Part shown: piece by piece, positions 10,167-19,767 of the stretch
Position numbering within the stretch: position 1 is the first letter of the stretch
Layout: each line of letters starts with the position of its first letter
Source of the DNA: a bacterium
GTDB taxonomy: Bacteria; Patescibacteriota; Minisyncoccia; Phycocordibacterales; UBA6899
NCBI GenBank assembly: GCA_043743715.1
Contig: JAYTWK010000015.1
Location: 6,576 to 70,575 of the forward strand
Reading direction: 5' to 3'
Length of the DNA: 64,000 nt
Translations under genes and position numbers: made by a program
The notes under the pieces: model-generated
The model's input: the letters and a program-made list of their open reading frames with translations, nothing else
What the model was told of the DNA's origin: nothing
The model's database searches: none

Positions 10167-11696
10167 ATGGCGGAGTCGTACCCATTGAGCCATTTTGCTT
10201 GTATAATTATACCAAGTGATATGGGTCGCATATTCAAAAATATTCTCAAAATAGCCGTCGGTATATACGTATTCTTTTTTGCTTACGAATGGTGGCATCC
10301 GATGCCGGATGATCTTCTGGTTGCGCCAAAGACATATCAGGTCCCTGACGCGGGTATACATTTTTTTGCTGACACAAGTTATATCGATACCAAGAAAAAT
10401 CTTCGCGTCCTTGACCAGCACATCTGGGACCAAGTAGGAAAGATCATCGCAAAGGCCAAGCACACCATCACGCTCGACATGTTCTTGTATAACGACTTCC
10501 AGGGTCCGCAGCCGGAAACCGCTCACAAACTTTCACAAGAGCTGACCGACATGCTAATCGATAAAAAAACCACCGACAAGCATATCATTATTGCGCTTAT
10601 CACCGACCCCATAAACACAGTGTACGGCGGAGTGACGTCACCGTATTTCACCAAACTGATGTTAAGCGGAATTCCGGTCATCACCACCGACCTCTCAATT
10701 CTTCCTGACAGCAATGTCCCGTGGAGCGCAGCATGGCACCCGTTCATATCCTGGATGGGTAATTCGACCACTGGAGGCTGGCTCGCGCATCCGTTCGATG
10801 CGACAGGCGGCAAGGTCACACTACGCTCTTGGATGGCGCTCCTCAATATGAAAGCCAACCATCGCAAGCTCTTAGTCGCCGATCAGCCCATCATAAGCGG
10901 CAAGAACGCCGGCAAGCAAAAGATGACTACTTTTGTTTCCTCAGCGAATCCACACGACGGCTCAAGCGGGAACGGCAACGTCGCAATGCAAGTCGACGAC
11001 AAGATATGGCAGGAGGCACTCAGTTCAGAACAAATCGTCGCACGTTTATCGAATGCGGGACTTCCGAACTATGACGCAGCAAGCACCCTTGATGCAGACG
11101 GTAATGTTTCGGTCACACTCCTGCATGAAGCATTCATCAAAGAGCGAGTGCTCGAGCGCATCGTACATGCAAAGCAAGGAGATCAGATCAATCTGGTGAT
11201 GTTCTACCTTTCCGAGCGTGATATTGTGAATGCTCTTGCGGATGCATCGAATCGCGGAGTGAAGATCCGCATCATTCTCGATCCAAACAACGAAGCATTT
11301 GGGTTTCAAAAGAACGGTATTCCAAATCAGCCGATCGCGAGAGAACTCTTACAGCGCTCAAACGACAGCATCCAGGTGCGTTGGTGCGCTACATCGGGCG
11401 AGCAGTGCCATGCAAAGCTCATGTACGGTGCGAGTGCGACGAATTCATATATGTTCATTGGCTCTGCAAATTTCACCAGACGTAACATTGACGGATTCAA
11501 CCTTGAGTCCGACCTTTATGTGGAATCTACCGGCGTGCGCTTCAGTGCTTGGAATGATGCCAATAGCTACTTCGAAAAAATGTGGTCGAACACGGGCGGT
11601 ATATATACGAGCGACTACATGCTGCATCGCGATGATACATTCTGGAAGGCATCGCTAGCCCGGGTGATGGAATTTACCGGCATGTCTTCGTTTTAG
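10167..11696 (+). CDS. Phospholipase D-like protein (two HKD motifs, cardiolipin-synthase-like), membrane-anchored; alternative start at 10221
   Basis: N-terminal TM. Two HKD motifs: HRKLLVAD.. and HAKLMYGA...GSANFTRRN. Confidence 0.7.
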   Translation: MAESYPLSHFACIIIPSDMGRIFKNILKIAVGIYVFFFAYEWWHPMPDDLLVAPKTYQVPDAGIHFFADTSYIDTKKNLRVLDQHIWDQVGKIIAKAKHTITLDMFLYNDFQGPQPETAHKLSQELTDMLIDKKTTDKHIIIALITDPINTVYGGVTSPYFTKLMLSGIPVITTDLSILPDSNVPWSAAWHPFISWMGNSTTGGWLAHPFDATGGKVTLRSWMALLNMKANHRKLLVADQPIISGKNAGKQKMTTFVSSANPHDGSSGNGNVAMQVDDKIWQEALSSEQIVARLSNAGLPNYDAASTLDADGNVSVTLLHEAFIKERVLERIVHAKQGDQINLVMFYLSERDIVNALADASNRGVKIRIILDPNNEAFGFQKNGIPNQPIARELLQRSNDSIQVRWCATSGEQCHAKLMYGASATNSYMFIGSANFTRRNIDGFNLESDLYVESTGVRFSAWNDANSYFEKMWSNTGGIYTSDYMLHRDDTFWKASLARVMEFTGMSSF

Positions 11697-11746
11697 TCTT
11701 GTCTTTTAGCCATTTTGAAGGAGCATGCTATACTCGAAACCATGAA

Positions 11747-11866
11747 TCCCGTTAGAGGTACGAACATGGTATGAATCACTTTTCTATACATATGAACAAC
11801 TTTGCCACGCACTCCAAATTTATCACTCATCTACGGAAGCGCTGCGCTTCCTACCTCTAACGGGAT
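11747..11866 (+). promoter_or_regulatory. pyrH leader. A 14-bp long-range inverted repeat (tcccgttagaggta / tacctctaacggga) encloses an internal 8-bp hairpin and its 3' arm overlaps the pyrH start codon
   Basis: Perfect complementarity between 11747-11760 and 11853-11866. TATACT -10-like hexamer at about 11728. The ATG at 11865 sits inside the 3' arm. Confidence 0.35.
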
Positions 11867-12569
11867 GAAACTCCTCATCAAACTCTCTGGCGAAAGTCTC
11901 GGCAAGGGAAAGCATGGCGCAGAGGAGCGCTACTTTGAGCCGACCTTATCGTTCATCGCGGAGCAGATACGTATCCTGCTTGAAGAGAAACACGAGGTCG
12001 CACTGGTAGTGGGCGGCGGCAATCTCTTCCGAGGTCACGAACTCACCGGTACCTTAGCCATCGAGCGGCCCACTGCAGACTATATCGGCATGCTTGCGAC
12101 CGTGCAGAACGCACTCGTCTTGAGAGACTTCTTCGAATCGAAAGGGATTGAGACACGTGTCTCATCATCCATCAGCATGCCGCAAATCTGCGAGACCTAT
12201 ATTCCGAAGCGCGTCTTGCGCCACCTCGGAAAGGGTAGGGTAGTCATCTTTGCTGCAGGCCTCGGTGCTCCGTACTTCACCACTGACTCGACCGCAGTAC
12301 AGCGTTCACTTGAACTCAAGCGCGACCTGCTTATCATGGCGAAGAATGGTGTCGACGGACTCTATACCGGCGACCCACACAAGGACGTGACGGCAAAGAA
12401 AATAAAGACCATCACTGCCGGCGAGGTACTCGAGAAAAATCTTAAAGTTGCAGACCTCTCAGCGATAGCACTCGCTAAAGAACATGGCCTCACCATCAAA
12501 GTGGTTGGCATCGAACACATTTCTGAGGCGCTCGATGAATCGATTGGGTCTGTTGTCACTCCGTCGTAA
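11865..12569 (+). CDS. pyrH: UMP kinase PyrH (the tracked ORF starts at 11802; the ATG at 11865 gives the canonical N-terminus)
   Basis: LIKLSGESL...VVGGGNLFRG amino-acid-kinase-family motifs. Confidence 0.85.
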   Translation: MKLLIKLSGESLGKGKHGAEERYFEPTLSFIAEQIRILLEEKHEVALVVGGGNLFRGHELTGTLAIERPTADYIGMLATVQNALVLRDFFESKGIETRVSSSISMPQICETYIPKRVLRHLGKGRVVIFAAGLGAPYFTTDSTAVQRSLELKRDLLIMAKNGVDGLYTGDPHKDVTAKKIKTITAGEVLEKNLKVADLSAIALAKEHGLTIKVVGIEHISEALDESIGSVVTPS

Positions 12570-12598
12570 TTCCCATATTCCTAAAAACACTACTTCGT

Positions 12599-13144
12599 AT
12601 GTACGACGAAACCGCAATTGAATTTCTCCAAGAAGGTGGTCTGGGAGTACTCCCGACCGACACCCTCTATGGACTCGTCACAACCGCGCTTGACCCTGAT
12701 GCAGTCGAGCGAGTCTATAAAATAAAGCAGCGTAATCCGAGTAAGCCGCTCATTGTACTCATTAGCGACCTGGAGCAAGTCGAGCAGTTTGGAATTGTGC
12801 TCGATGACGCACTCATTGAACAGTTGAATAGCTATTGGCCAGGCAAATACTCTATTGTGCTCCCGACTGTTGATGATCAATACGAATATCTCTCATGTGG
12901 CACCGACACCATAGCGTTCCGTCTTCCCGATAACGATGAGCTACGCGAACTTATCAGAAATGTCGGCCCGCTTGTCGCACCCTCCGCTAACCCCGAAGGC
13001 TACCCGCCCGCAACCACAGTAGACGAAGCACAAAAGTATTTCGGCTCCGATGTAGACTTCTACGTCGACGGCGGCACTCTCGATGGCAAATCCTCCACCC
13101 TCATTCGTATCGAAAACGGAGAAGTGGAGGTGCTTAGAGATTAG
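12599..13144 (+). CDS. tsaC: L-threonylcarbamoyladenylate synthase (TsaC/YrdC/Sua5 family, short form)
   Basis: YrdC domain (LPTDTLYGLV...KIKQRNPSKPLIVLISDLEQ). Confidence 0.8.
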   Translation: MYDETAIEFLQEGGLGVLPTDTLYGLVTTALDPDAVERVYKIKQRNPSKPLIVLISDLEQVEQFGIVLDDALIEQLNSYWPGKYSIVLPTVDDQYEYLSCGTDTIAFRLPDNDELRELIRNVGPLVAPSANPEGYPPATTVDEAQKYFGSDVDFYVDGGTLDGKSSTLIRIENGEVEVLRD

Positions 13145-13205
13145 ATTTAACTCAAGATCGAGGCCTTGAGCTTAGCAAAATCGCTAAAAGCATTACAATG
13201 AGCAT

Positions 13206-13628
13206 ATGAATTCAACTATCACTAGTCGCCCTTGTGTTTCTGCTGACTATGAAGCCTTACGTGAGTTATATGAAATTCCAAGAACATTCGGGAGACGATT
13301 TGATGCTGATCGAGATTCAAAAGATAGACTTGATGAACAGAGCAGAGAAGACAGACAAAGTATTTTCATTGCGGAAGAAGGAGGAGAAATTGTTGGGACA
13401 GTTTCGATCTTTGCAAACAAACACTTCGCCTGGCTTGTACGTTTTGCCATCACTGACCCCCGTTCAGTAAACCTTCTTTACGAGGTCGCATGCAAAATCC
13501 CTAAAGAGCGTGGACATAAGTAAGTGCTGGTATATGCGCCGGCATCTGATCCTTCGTTTGAGGCTCGATATAATCCCCTTGGTTTCAATAAAGGATACGA
13601 CTACACTTGCTTTTGGCGTGAGATTTAA
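13206..13628 (+). pseudogene. GNAT family N-acetyltransferase interrupted by an in-frame TAA at 13521-13523
   Basis: The N-terminal part (..FIAEEGGEIVGTVSIF..) is GNAT-like. The same frame continues past the TAA (VLVYAPASDPSFEARYNPLGFNKGYDY) with the GNAT motif-A/B region (..RG.K_V......A...Y...GF). Confidence 0.55.
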
Positions 13629-13743
13629 TTTTTAGCGTAGAGTCAAGTTGTGTCGACTAAAATTGTTCCGACTTCGTCGCACACCGCCTCACTTCTGAAA
13701 AATCTCACAGCGGAAGATTTGGCAAGTCATTGCATGTAACGTG

Positions 13744-13779
13744 ATTTGCTAATTTGTCCGATAGAACAAATTAGCAAAT
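13744..13779 (+). promoter_or_regulatory. Perfect 14-bp inverted repeat with an 8-nt spacer (atttgctaatttgt-N8-acaaattagcaaat), about 100 nt upstream of alaS; candidate operator
   Basis: Exact palindrome read directly from the sequence. Located in the alaS 5' region. Confidence 0.4.
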
Positions 13780-13878
13780 ACTGTTTTAATACGACATAGA
13801 TTTAGACTTCCCCAATATCGTGTATGGGTTATGCAGACCCTTTGTGAAAAAGGATAAAATGGTTATAATCGAAAAACC

Positions 13879-15696
13879 ATGCTTACATCATCTGAGATCC
13901 GCTCTCGATTCTTAACGTACTTTAAAGAACGCGGCCATACCATCATTCCTTCTGCTTCGCTCGTACCCTTAAACGACCCAACTGTACTTTTTAATACCGC
14001 CGGCATGCAGCCGCTTGTTCCATATCTACTCGGAGAATCGCATCCTGGTGGAGTACGGCTTGCCGACTCGCAGAAATGCGTCCGTACTCAGGACATCGAA
14101 GAAGTAGGTGACAACACCCACGACACATTCTTCGAGATGCTCGGCAACTGGTCACTTGGAGACTATTTCAAAAAGGACGCAATCAAATGGAGTTACGAAT
14201 TCCTCACTTCAAAAGAGAAGGGTTTAGGACTGGACCCAAGCAGACTCTATGTCACGGTATTCGGCGGAAATGCGGACGCACCAAAAGACGATGAGGCTCA
14301 TGCGGTATGGACGGAAATCTTTGCAAAGGCGGGCATCACCGGAGAGCATATATATTGGATGGAAGGAGAACTCGCAAAAAAGAACTGGTGGAGTGCAGGC
14401 GAGAACGGTCCATGCGGACCCGACACTGAGATGTTCTACGATGTCACCGGCAAACTAAATAGGGGAATGACCTTGGCAGAATATCTCGCAGCAGACGACA
14501 AACAGCAGGTCGTCGAGATCTGGAACGACGTGTTCATGGAATACTTGAAGGAAGGTGGGGTAGTGACCGGCAAACTGAAGAAGCAGAATGTCGACACAGG
14601 ATCGGGACTCGAGCGCGTGACCATGGTCGCCCAAGGAAAGGATAATGTGTTCGCCACCGATCTTTTCTCGGATATGATGCGTATCATCAAGGAGAGCGCC
14701 GAGACTTATGACGAACGCGCCGCACGTATTGTCGCCGACCACATCCGCACTTCGGTCTTTATAATTGCCGACGGCGTCTCTCCTTCAAATACCGACCAAG
14801 GATATATTTTGCGCAGACTCCTGCGCCGTGCAGTACGCTATTCCGACGTGCTCGGAATGAGCCGTGGATTTGATACGCTTATTGACTCTGTGTCGAAACT
14901 GTACACAGGCGTATACGAGAATATCGAAGCGAACCTTACACATATCAAGCAAGAAATTGCCGATGAAGAAGCGAGGTTCCGTATCACACTCGAGAATGGC
15001 ATGAAGCAGTTCGAGAAATTTGCCGAAGCAAAGAATATCTCGGGTGCTGACGCATCGATGCTCTATCAGACATACGGATTTCCGTTCGAGATCATACAAG
15101 AGCTCGCAAAAGAGCGGGGAATCAGCGTCGATGAAGCAGCATACAAAGAGGAAATGAAGAAACATCAGGACCTTTCGCGTTCCGGAAGCGAACAGAAGTT
15201 CAAGGGCGGGCTTGCTGACCATTCGGAGAAGACCGTGCGTCTACATACTGCGCATCACTTACTCCTGCGCGCACTTCAGATAGTGCTCGGCGATGAAGTG
15301 CATCAGAGGGGCTCCAACATCACACAGGAGCGCCTGCGCATCGACTTCGCATATCCGCAAAAGATGACCGACGAACAAAAGAAGGAAGTCGAGCGCATCG
15401 TGAACAAAAAAATTACCGAGCAGCTCCCTGTCACCCGCACTGAGATGAGTCTCGTGGAAGCAGAAAAGCTCGGTGCAGAGCATGAGTTCGGCGCAAAGTA
15501 TCCTGAGCGCGTCTCTGTCTATTCGGTCGGACCAAAAGAAGCCACACCAGAAGACCCGAGGTTTGATAAGCGCTTCTCAATCGAATTCTGCGGCGGCCCT
15601 CATGTCACGAACACAAAGGAGCTGAGTCATTTCAAAATATTGAAGGAAGAAGCAGTTGCTCAAGGAGTACGCAGAATCAAGGCAATACTTGAGTAG
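13879..15696 (+). CDS. alaS: Alanyl-tRNA synthetase, short form (catalytic and editing domains, no C-Ala/DHHA1 domain)
   Basis: N-terminal class II AlaRS core (FNTAGMQP...MLGNWSLGDYFK). Editing-domain HxxxH..CGG motifs (HTAHHLL...CGGPHV). Only 605 aa. Confidence 0.85.
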   Translation: MLTSSEIRSRFLTYFKERGHTIIPSASLVPLNDPTVLFNTAGMQPLVPYLLGESHPGGVRLADSQKCVRTQDIEEVGDNTHDTFFEMLGNWSLGDYFKKDAIKWSYEFLTSKEKGLGLDPSRLYVTVFGGNADAPKDDEAHAVWTEIFAKAGITGEHIYWMEGELAKKNWWSAGENGPCGPDTEMFYDVTGKLNRGMTLAEYLAADDKQQVVEIWNDVFMEYLKEGGVVTGKLKKQNVDTGSGLERVTMVAQGKDNVFATDLFSDMMRIIKESAETYDERAARIVADHIRTSVFIIADGVSPSNTDQGYILRRLLRRAVRYSDVLGMSRGFDTLIDSVSKLYTGVYENIEANLTHIKQEIADEEARFRITLENGMKQFEKFAEAKNISGADASMLYQTYGFPFEIIQELAKERGISVDEAAYKEEMKKHQDLSRSGSEQKFKGGLADHSEKTVRLHTAHHLLLRALQIVLGDEVHQRGSNITQERLRIDFAYPQKMTDEQKKEVERIVNKKITEQLPVTRTEMSLVEAEKLGAEHEFGAKYPERVSVYSVGPKEATPEDPRFDKRFSIEFCGGPHVTNTKELSHFKILKEEAVAQGVRRIKAILE

Positions 15697-15797
15697 ACAC
15701 CCAAAGTTAGATTTAATTTAAGGAGAGTCTGCTTTATTAAATACATGTTCCACTTGACCTCCTTGCCATCAAGGCAATCCGGGGAGATAATAGTGCT

Positions 15798-16310
15798 ATG
15801 GAAACGTCACTGTATCAGATGACCCTGCCTATCCTCACAAGAGGTCTCGAGCGACTTTCGTTGCTCCTTCGCACAGGCGAAGCGTACTCGAATGATGCAC
15901 AACATCCAAGTGGAGAGATGCTGAATGCGCGTCTCTATCCTGATATGTTCACTCTTACGCAACAGGTGCAGTATGCATATTTTTCAGCAATAGAGATTGC
16001 CGAGCATTTATCAGGGAAAGAAGCCCCGAAACTCGCTTATGATGAGACTACGTTCGGCCAGCTTCAATCGAGCCTGAAGGCTGTACTCGATTATCTGCAC
16101 GTCATTTCACCAAAAGATATAGATGGAAAAGAAAGTGCATTAGTACCCTTGTACTGGGACAAGACAACCACTCTGCCGGGGCTTGTGTATGTTCAGGAAG
16201 TCGGGCTGCCAAATTTTTTCTTTCACTATGTAACCGCCTACGATATTTTGCGCAATTTAGGAGTAAAGCTCGGAAAGTCGGACTACATTGGCGAGGTCAG
16301 TGCCGAATAA
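15798..16310 (+). CDS. DUF1993-like (DinB/YfiT-like four-helix) protein
   Basis: N-terminal LYQMTLPILTRGLERLSLLL pattern typical of DUF1993. Moderate confidence. Confidence 0.45.
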   Translation: METSLYQMTLPILTRGLERLSLLLRTGEAYSNDAQHPSGEMLNARLYPDMFTLTQQVQYAYFSAIEIAEHLSGKEAPKLAYDETTFGQLQSSLKAVLDYLHVISPKDIDGKESALVPLYWDKTTTLPGLVYVQEVGLPNFFFHYVTAYDILRNLGVKLGKSDYIGEVSAE

Positions 16311-16359
16311 TAACTGATAATATTTTTGTATATGCGGAGAATATTGCTATAATTAGACT

Positions 16360-17556
16360 ATGGCTCTGTTTCATCGCAAACGCAAAAGCGGACAGCACTT
16401 CATCATTGTGTTCGATATCGGTTCAGCCTCGATTGGAGGGGCTTTTGCAAGTGTCGAGGCAGGCAAAAATCCCGAGGTGATATTCACTACCCGACGCGAC
16501 ATACCATTCCAGGAAAAACTCAACTTTCAGCGCTTCCTCGAATCAATGATCAAAACCCTAGAGGAAATGTTTGTTGCGCTGCAAAAAGCAGGTGGTGGAG
16601 TGAAGGTCGACCAGGCATTCTGTGTGCTTGCATCTCCTTGGTATGCCTCGCAGACAAGGCTCGTCCACTACAATCAGCCACAACCCTTCACTGTCACCGA
16701 GAAGGGACTCCACAAGCTTATTCAGAAGGAGATAGAGTTGTTCCGTAACTCAAAGCTATTCTCGCGCGGAAAATCGAGTGATGCCGCTCCTGAGATCATG
16801 GAATCAAAGAACATTCAGATGAAATTGAACGGCTACGAGGTAAAAAGTCCGTTCGGCAAACGCACGAGCGAACTCGAAGTAGCACTCTATATCAGCATGA
16901 TTCCGAGTAATATCTTCACGTCGATTAACGACTCGATCAAAAAATTCTGGCGTCTTCAGAATGTACATTTCTCGTCATTCTCGTTCACCGCATTCGATAC
17001 TATCCGCGACATCTTCGCAGAGGAGACGTCATTCCTGTTTATGGATATCTCGGGTGAGGTGACGGATATCTCGCTCGCCAAGGATAATGTGCTCCTCGAG
17101 TCGATCTCATTTCCTGCCGGTAAAAACATGCTTATCCGTCAGCTGGTTGCGGGAATGAAGACCGCACCCGCCGCTGCGCAGACCGAGCTCAAGATGTATA
17201 TGGAAGGGAAGTCGACGCGCGATCACGCACAACAGATTGAAAGCATTCTGACTGATTCGAGCAAAGAATGGCTGGTATTCTTCGAGGATGCGCTGTCGCA
17301 ATTCTCTGCAGAATTCCCCATCCCGCGCACTATCTTCTTCACCGCAGACGACGACGTGACGAAGTGGTATGACACCGCTATCCGTCAGGCAAATTTTACG
17401 AAGTTCTCCCAGGACGAAGGAGTGTTCATGATCCGCTCGCTCGGAAATTCCTTCTTGAATAAATTTATCCAAGTACTCGAACCCGACTTCCAAGATCCGT
17501 TCCTCGCCATCGAGACCATTTTCGCAAATAAGATATCAGGACTCGAACGTAGGTAG
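16360..17556 (+). CDS. Actin-fold ATPase-like protein (divergent FtsA/PilM-like)
   Basis: Phosphate-1-like IVFDIGSASIGGAFA and phosphate-2-like LFMDISGEVTDISLA motifs with the spacing of the actin/Hsp70 fold. Confidence 0.45.
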   Translation: MALFHRKRKSGQHFIIVFDIGSASIGGAFASVEAGKNPEVIFTTRRDIPFQEKLNFQRFLESMIKTLEEMFVALQKAGGGVKVDQAFCVLASPWYASQTRLVHYNQPQPFTVTEKGLHKLIQKEIELFRNSKLFSRGKSSDAAPEIMESKNIQMKLNGYEVKSPFGKRTSELEVALYISMIPSNIFTSINDSIKKFWRLQNVHFSSFSFTAFDTIRDIFAEETSFLFMDISGEVTDISLAKDNVLLESISFPAGKNMLIRQLVAGMKTAPAAAQTELKMYMEGKSTRDHAQQIESILTDSSKEWLVFFEDALSQFSAEFPIPRTIFFTADDDVTKWYDTAIRQANFTKFSQDEGVFMIRSLGNSFLNKFIQVLEPDFQDPFLAIETIFANKISGLERR

Positions 17557-17609
17557 TAATCCACTCATCCACTTTCTCGTGGCTCATTAATACAGTAGAA
17601 TACACTCTA

Positions 17610-19289
17610 ATGCCAAAATACTTGATACAAGACATAGTTCCTCCAGAAAAGAGAAAGCGACCCACGGTGGGTGTGACGAGGAGTCCTGCTCCACATCGTA
17701 CTTCTTCTACACATGCCGCGTCTACATCTGCCTCGCATGAGGCACATACCTCACACATCGCACATCCCTCACACACCAAAGGAGAGGCGGTACATCATGT
17801 AAGGCACAAATTACCTGCGGAAGCGAGGCATGCCGCAGAAGTAACTCATGAGGAAGAGCACGAGACCCCCGCACCAAGCATCATGCACACCGCGGAAGTC
17901 GACACGACGCCAACTCATGTAAGCGAACCAGAAGTCAAAAGCGATCCTGTGCTGCGTGACCAATCTGTCATCCTCCAGCATCTCTACAAGGACGCTAATA
18001 TCAGCAAACAGCTCTCGACCGACACCGCTACCGGTTCTTGGCCGTACAACGATGTGGGAGCGAGCGCACAGATTGAGAGATCGAGAAATATGTCTGCCGA
18101 ATTCCCAACCAATGGAGCCGCCTCAGACTGGGGGAAACGCTGGCTTCCGTGGATACTCATCCCGACTATTCTTGCGGTAGGGTTGTTCTTTATTCTCAAT
18201 TACTTCTCGGGAGCGACGGTCATGATTATCCCTAAGCACGATACCATTCCCATCCCTGATACCCAGGTGTTCTCTGCACAGAAGAACCCGACCGACGGCT
18301 CGCTCGCATTCGCGGTTATGAAAGTGACGCTCGATGACACCAGAGAAGTGGCTGCGACCGGATCGAAGATGGTGACCTCAAAAGCGCAGGGCAAGATTGT
18401 GATTTACAACGAGCAGACCGTACCGCAACGCCTTATAAAAAACACCCGCTTCGAGTCGGCAACAGGTAAGACTTACCGCATCAACGACTCAATCACCGTT
18501 CCTAAGGCAACCACCGCAAAAACCGGCAAGCTTACGCCGGGAACAATGTCCATCACTATTTACGCCGATGAAGCGGGTCCGAGCTACAACAGTGACCCCA
18601 GCGATTTTACACTTCCCGGACTCAAGAATACTCCGCAGTACAAGAAGGTCTACGCCCGCTCAAATGGCCCCGTCGTCGGCGGTGCATCCGGCACAACAAA
18701 GAGTGTAGGCGACCAAGACATGCGCGATGCGGGAGACAATCTGCGCGTCTCGCTTGAGACCAAGCTTCGCAACAAGGCGCGTGGTGACGTCGCATCATCG
18801 CAGATCGCATTCGATAAAGGTATCGTCGTCGACCTCAGCGACCCGAAACTCCTCACCGACCAGGCGTCGAGCCAAGACAAAGCAGTCCTTGGCGCATCAG
18901 GCACACTTTATATGGTGGTGTTTGACAGAGATGCACTGACTAAAACTATCGCAAAGGGGCTCGTCCCGACTTATGCCGGCGAAAACATCGAGATGGGAAA
19001 TATCGACTCCCTCAACATTACACTTCCGCCAACGAGCGGCACTCAACTTTGGTCAGTTGAAAAGCTAGATTTCAGCCTGCATGGCACACCACAACTCACT
19101 TGGGTGGTAGATGAGGACAAAGTCAAAAAAGACCTCGTGGGGGTGGCGAAAGCCAACTTTAATGCGGTCATGGGAGGTTACACCACGATCGAGCGGGCAA
19201 AAGCAAGCCTAAGGCCGTTCTGGAAGAGCACTTTTCCAACCGATCCAAACGTCATTTCACTCAAAATCGTTTCTTCTATACCCGACTAA
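17610..19289 (+). CDS. Bitopic membrane protein with a His-rich cytoplasmic N-region, one TM helix and a roughly 360-aa extracytoplasmic domain
   Basis: His-rich low-complexity N-terminus. Single hydrophobic helix (WLPWILIPTILAVGLFFILNYF). Co-directional and adjacent to the actin-like gene. Confidence 0.45.
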   Translation: MPKYLIQDIVPPEKRKRPTVGVTRSPAPHRTSSTHAASTSASHEAHTSHIAHPSHTKGEAVHHVRHKLPAEARHAAEVTHEEEHETPAPSIMHTAEVDTTPTHVSEPEVKSDPVLRDQSVILQHLYKDANISKQLSTDTATGSWPYNDVGASAQIERSRNMSAEFPTNGAASDWGKRWLPWILIPTILAVGLFFILNYFSGATVMIIPKHDTIPIPDTQVFSAQKNPTDGSLAFAVMKVTLDDTREVAATGSKMVTSKAQGKIVIYNEQTVPQRLIKNTRFESATGKTYRINDSITVPKATTAKTGKLTPGTMSITIYADEAGPSYNSDPSDFTLPGLKNTPQYKKVYARSNGPVVGGASGTTKSVGDQDMRDAGDNLRVSLETKLRNKARGDVASSQIAFDKGIVVDLSDPKLLTDQASSQDKAVLGASGTLYMVVFDRDALTKTIAKGLVPTYAGENIEMGNIDSLNITLPPTSGTQLWSVEKLDFSLHGTPQLTWVVDEDKVKKDLVGVAKANFNAVMGGYTTIERAKASLRPFWKSTFPTDPNVISLKIVSSIPD

Positions 19290-19362
19290 ACAACTCCTAA
19301 AAACGCCCTAACTTGACCATTTTTGAACCATCTGATAGCATGCAAAGCACCCACATTGAGAA

Positions 19363-19581
19363 ATGAGTGATGAAAAAGCAAAAGAGTCTGTGATCATGGG
19401 AACGGTCATCGAGGCACTCCCTAATACATTGTTCCGCGTTGAAACGGAAGGAGGAGAGACTGTCCTTGCGTATCTTGCAGGAAAGATGCGCATTCATCGC
19501 ATCAAGGTACTTATTGGCGACAAGGTGGCTCTCGAAGACAACCCCTACGGAGGAAAGCTGCGTATTGTCAAGAGACTGTAG
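19363..19581 (+). CDS. infA: Translation initiation factor IF-1
   Basis: S1-like IF-1 sequence (GTVIEALPNTLFRVETEGGETVLAYLAGKMR...KVLIGDKV). Confidence 0.9.
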   Translation: MSDEKAKESVIMGTVIEALPNTLFRVETEGGETVLAYLAGKMRIHRIKVLIGDKVALEDNPYGGKLRIVKRL

Positions 19582-19653
19582 GCATATTATAATCAACATT
19601 CATTTCAAGCGGCAGTGTGTCGCTGTGAGTATTACTTTTATCTATTTTGAAAC

Positions 19654-19767
19654 ATGCGCGTACGAGCTTCAGTCAAAAAAATCTGTGCGAAATGTAAAAG
19701 CGTGAAGCGACGCGGTAATCTTTATGTTGTCTGCGAGAATCCTCGCCATAAACAAAAGCAAGGATAA
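19654..19767 (+). CDS. rpmJ: 50S ribosomal protein L36 (37 aa; below the ORF-track length cutoff)
   Basis: Manual translation gives [37 protein letters not shown], the canonical zinc-ribbon L36. Sits in the conserved infA-rpmJ-rpsM order. Confidence 0.85.
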   Translation: MRVRASVKKICAKCKSVKRRGNLYVVCENPRHKQKQG

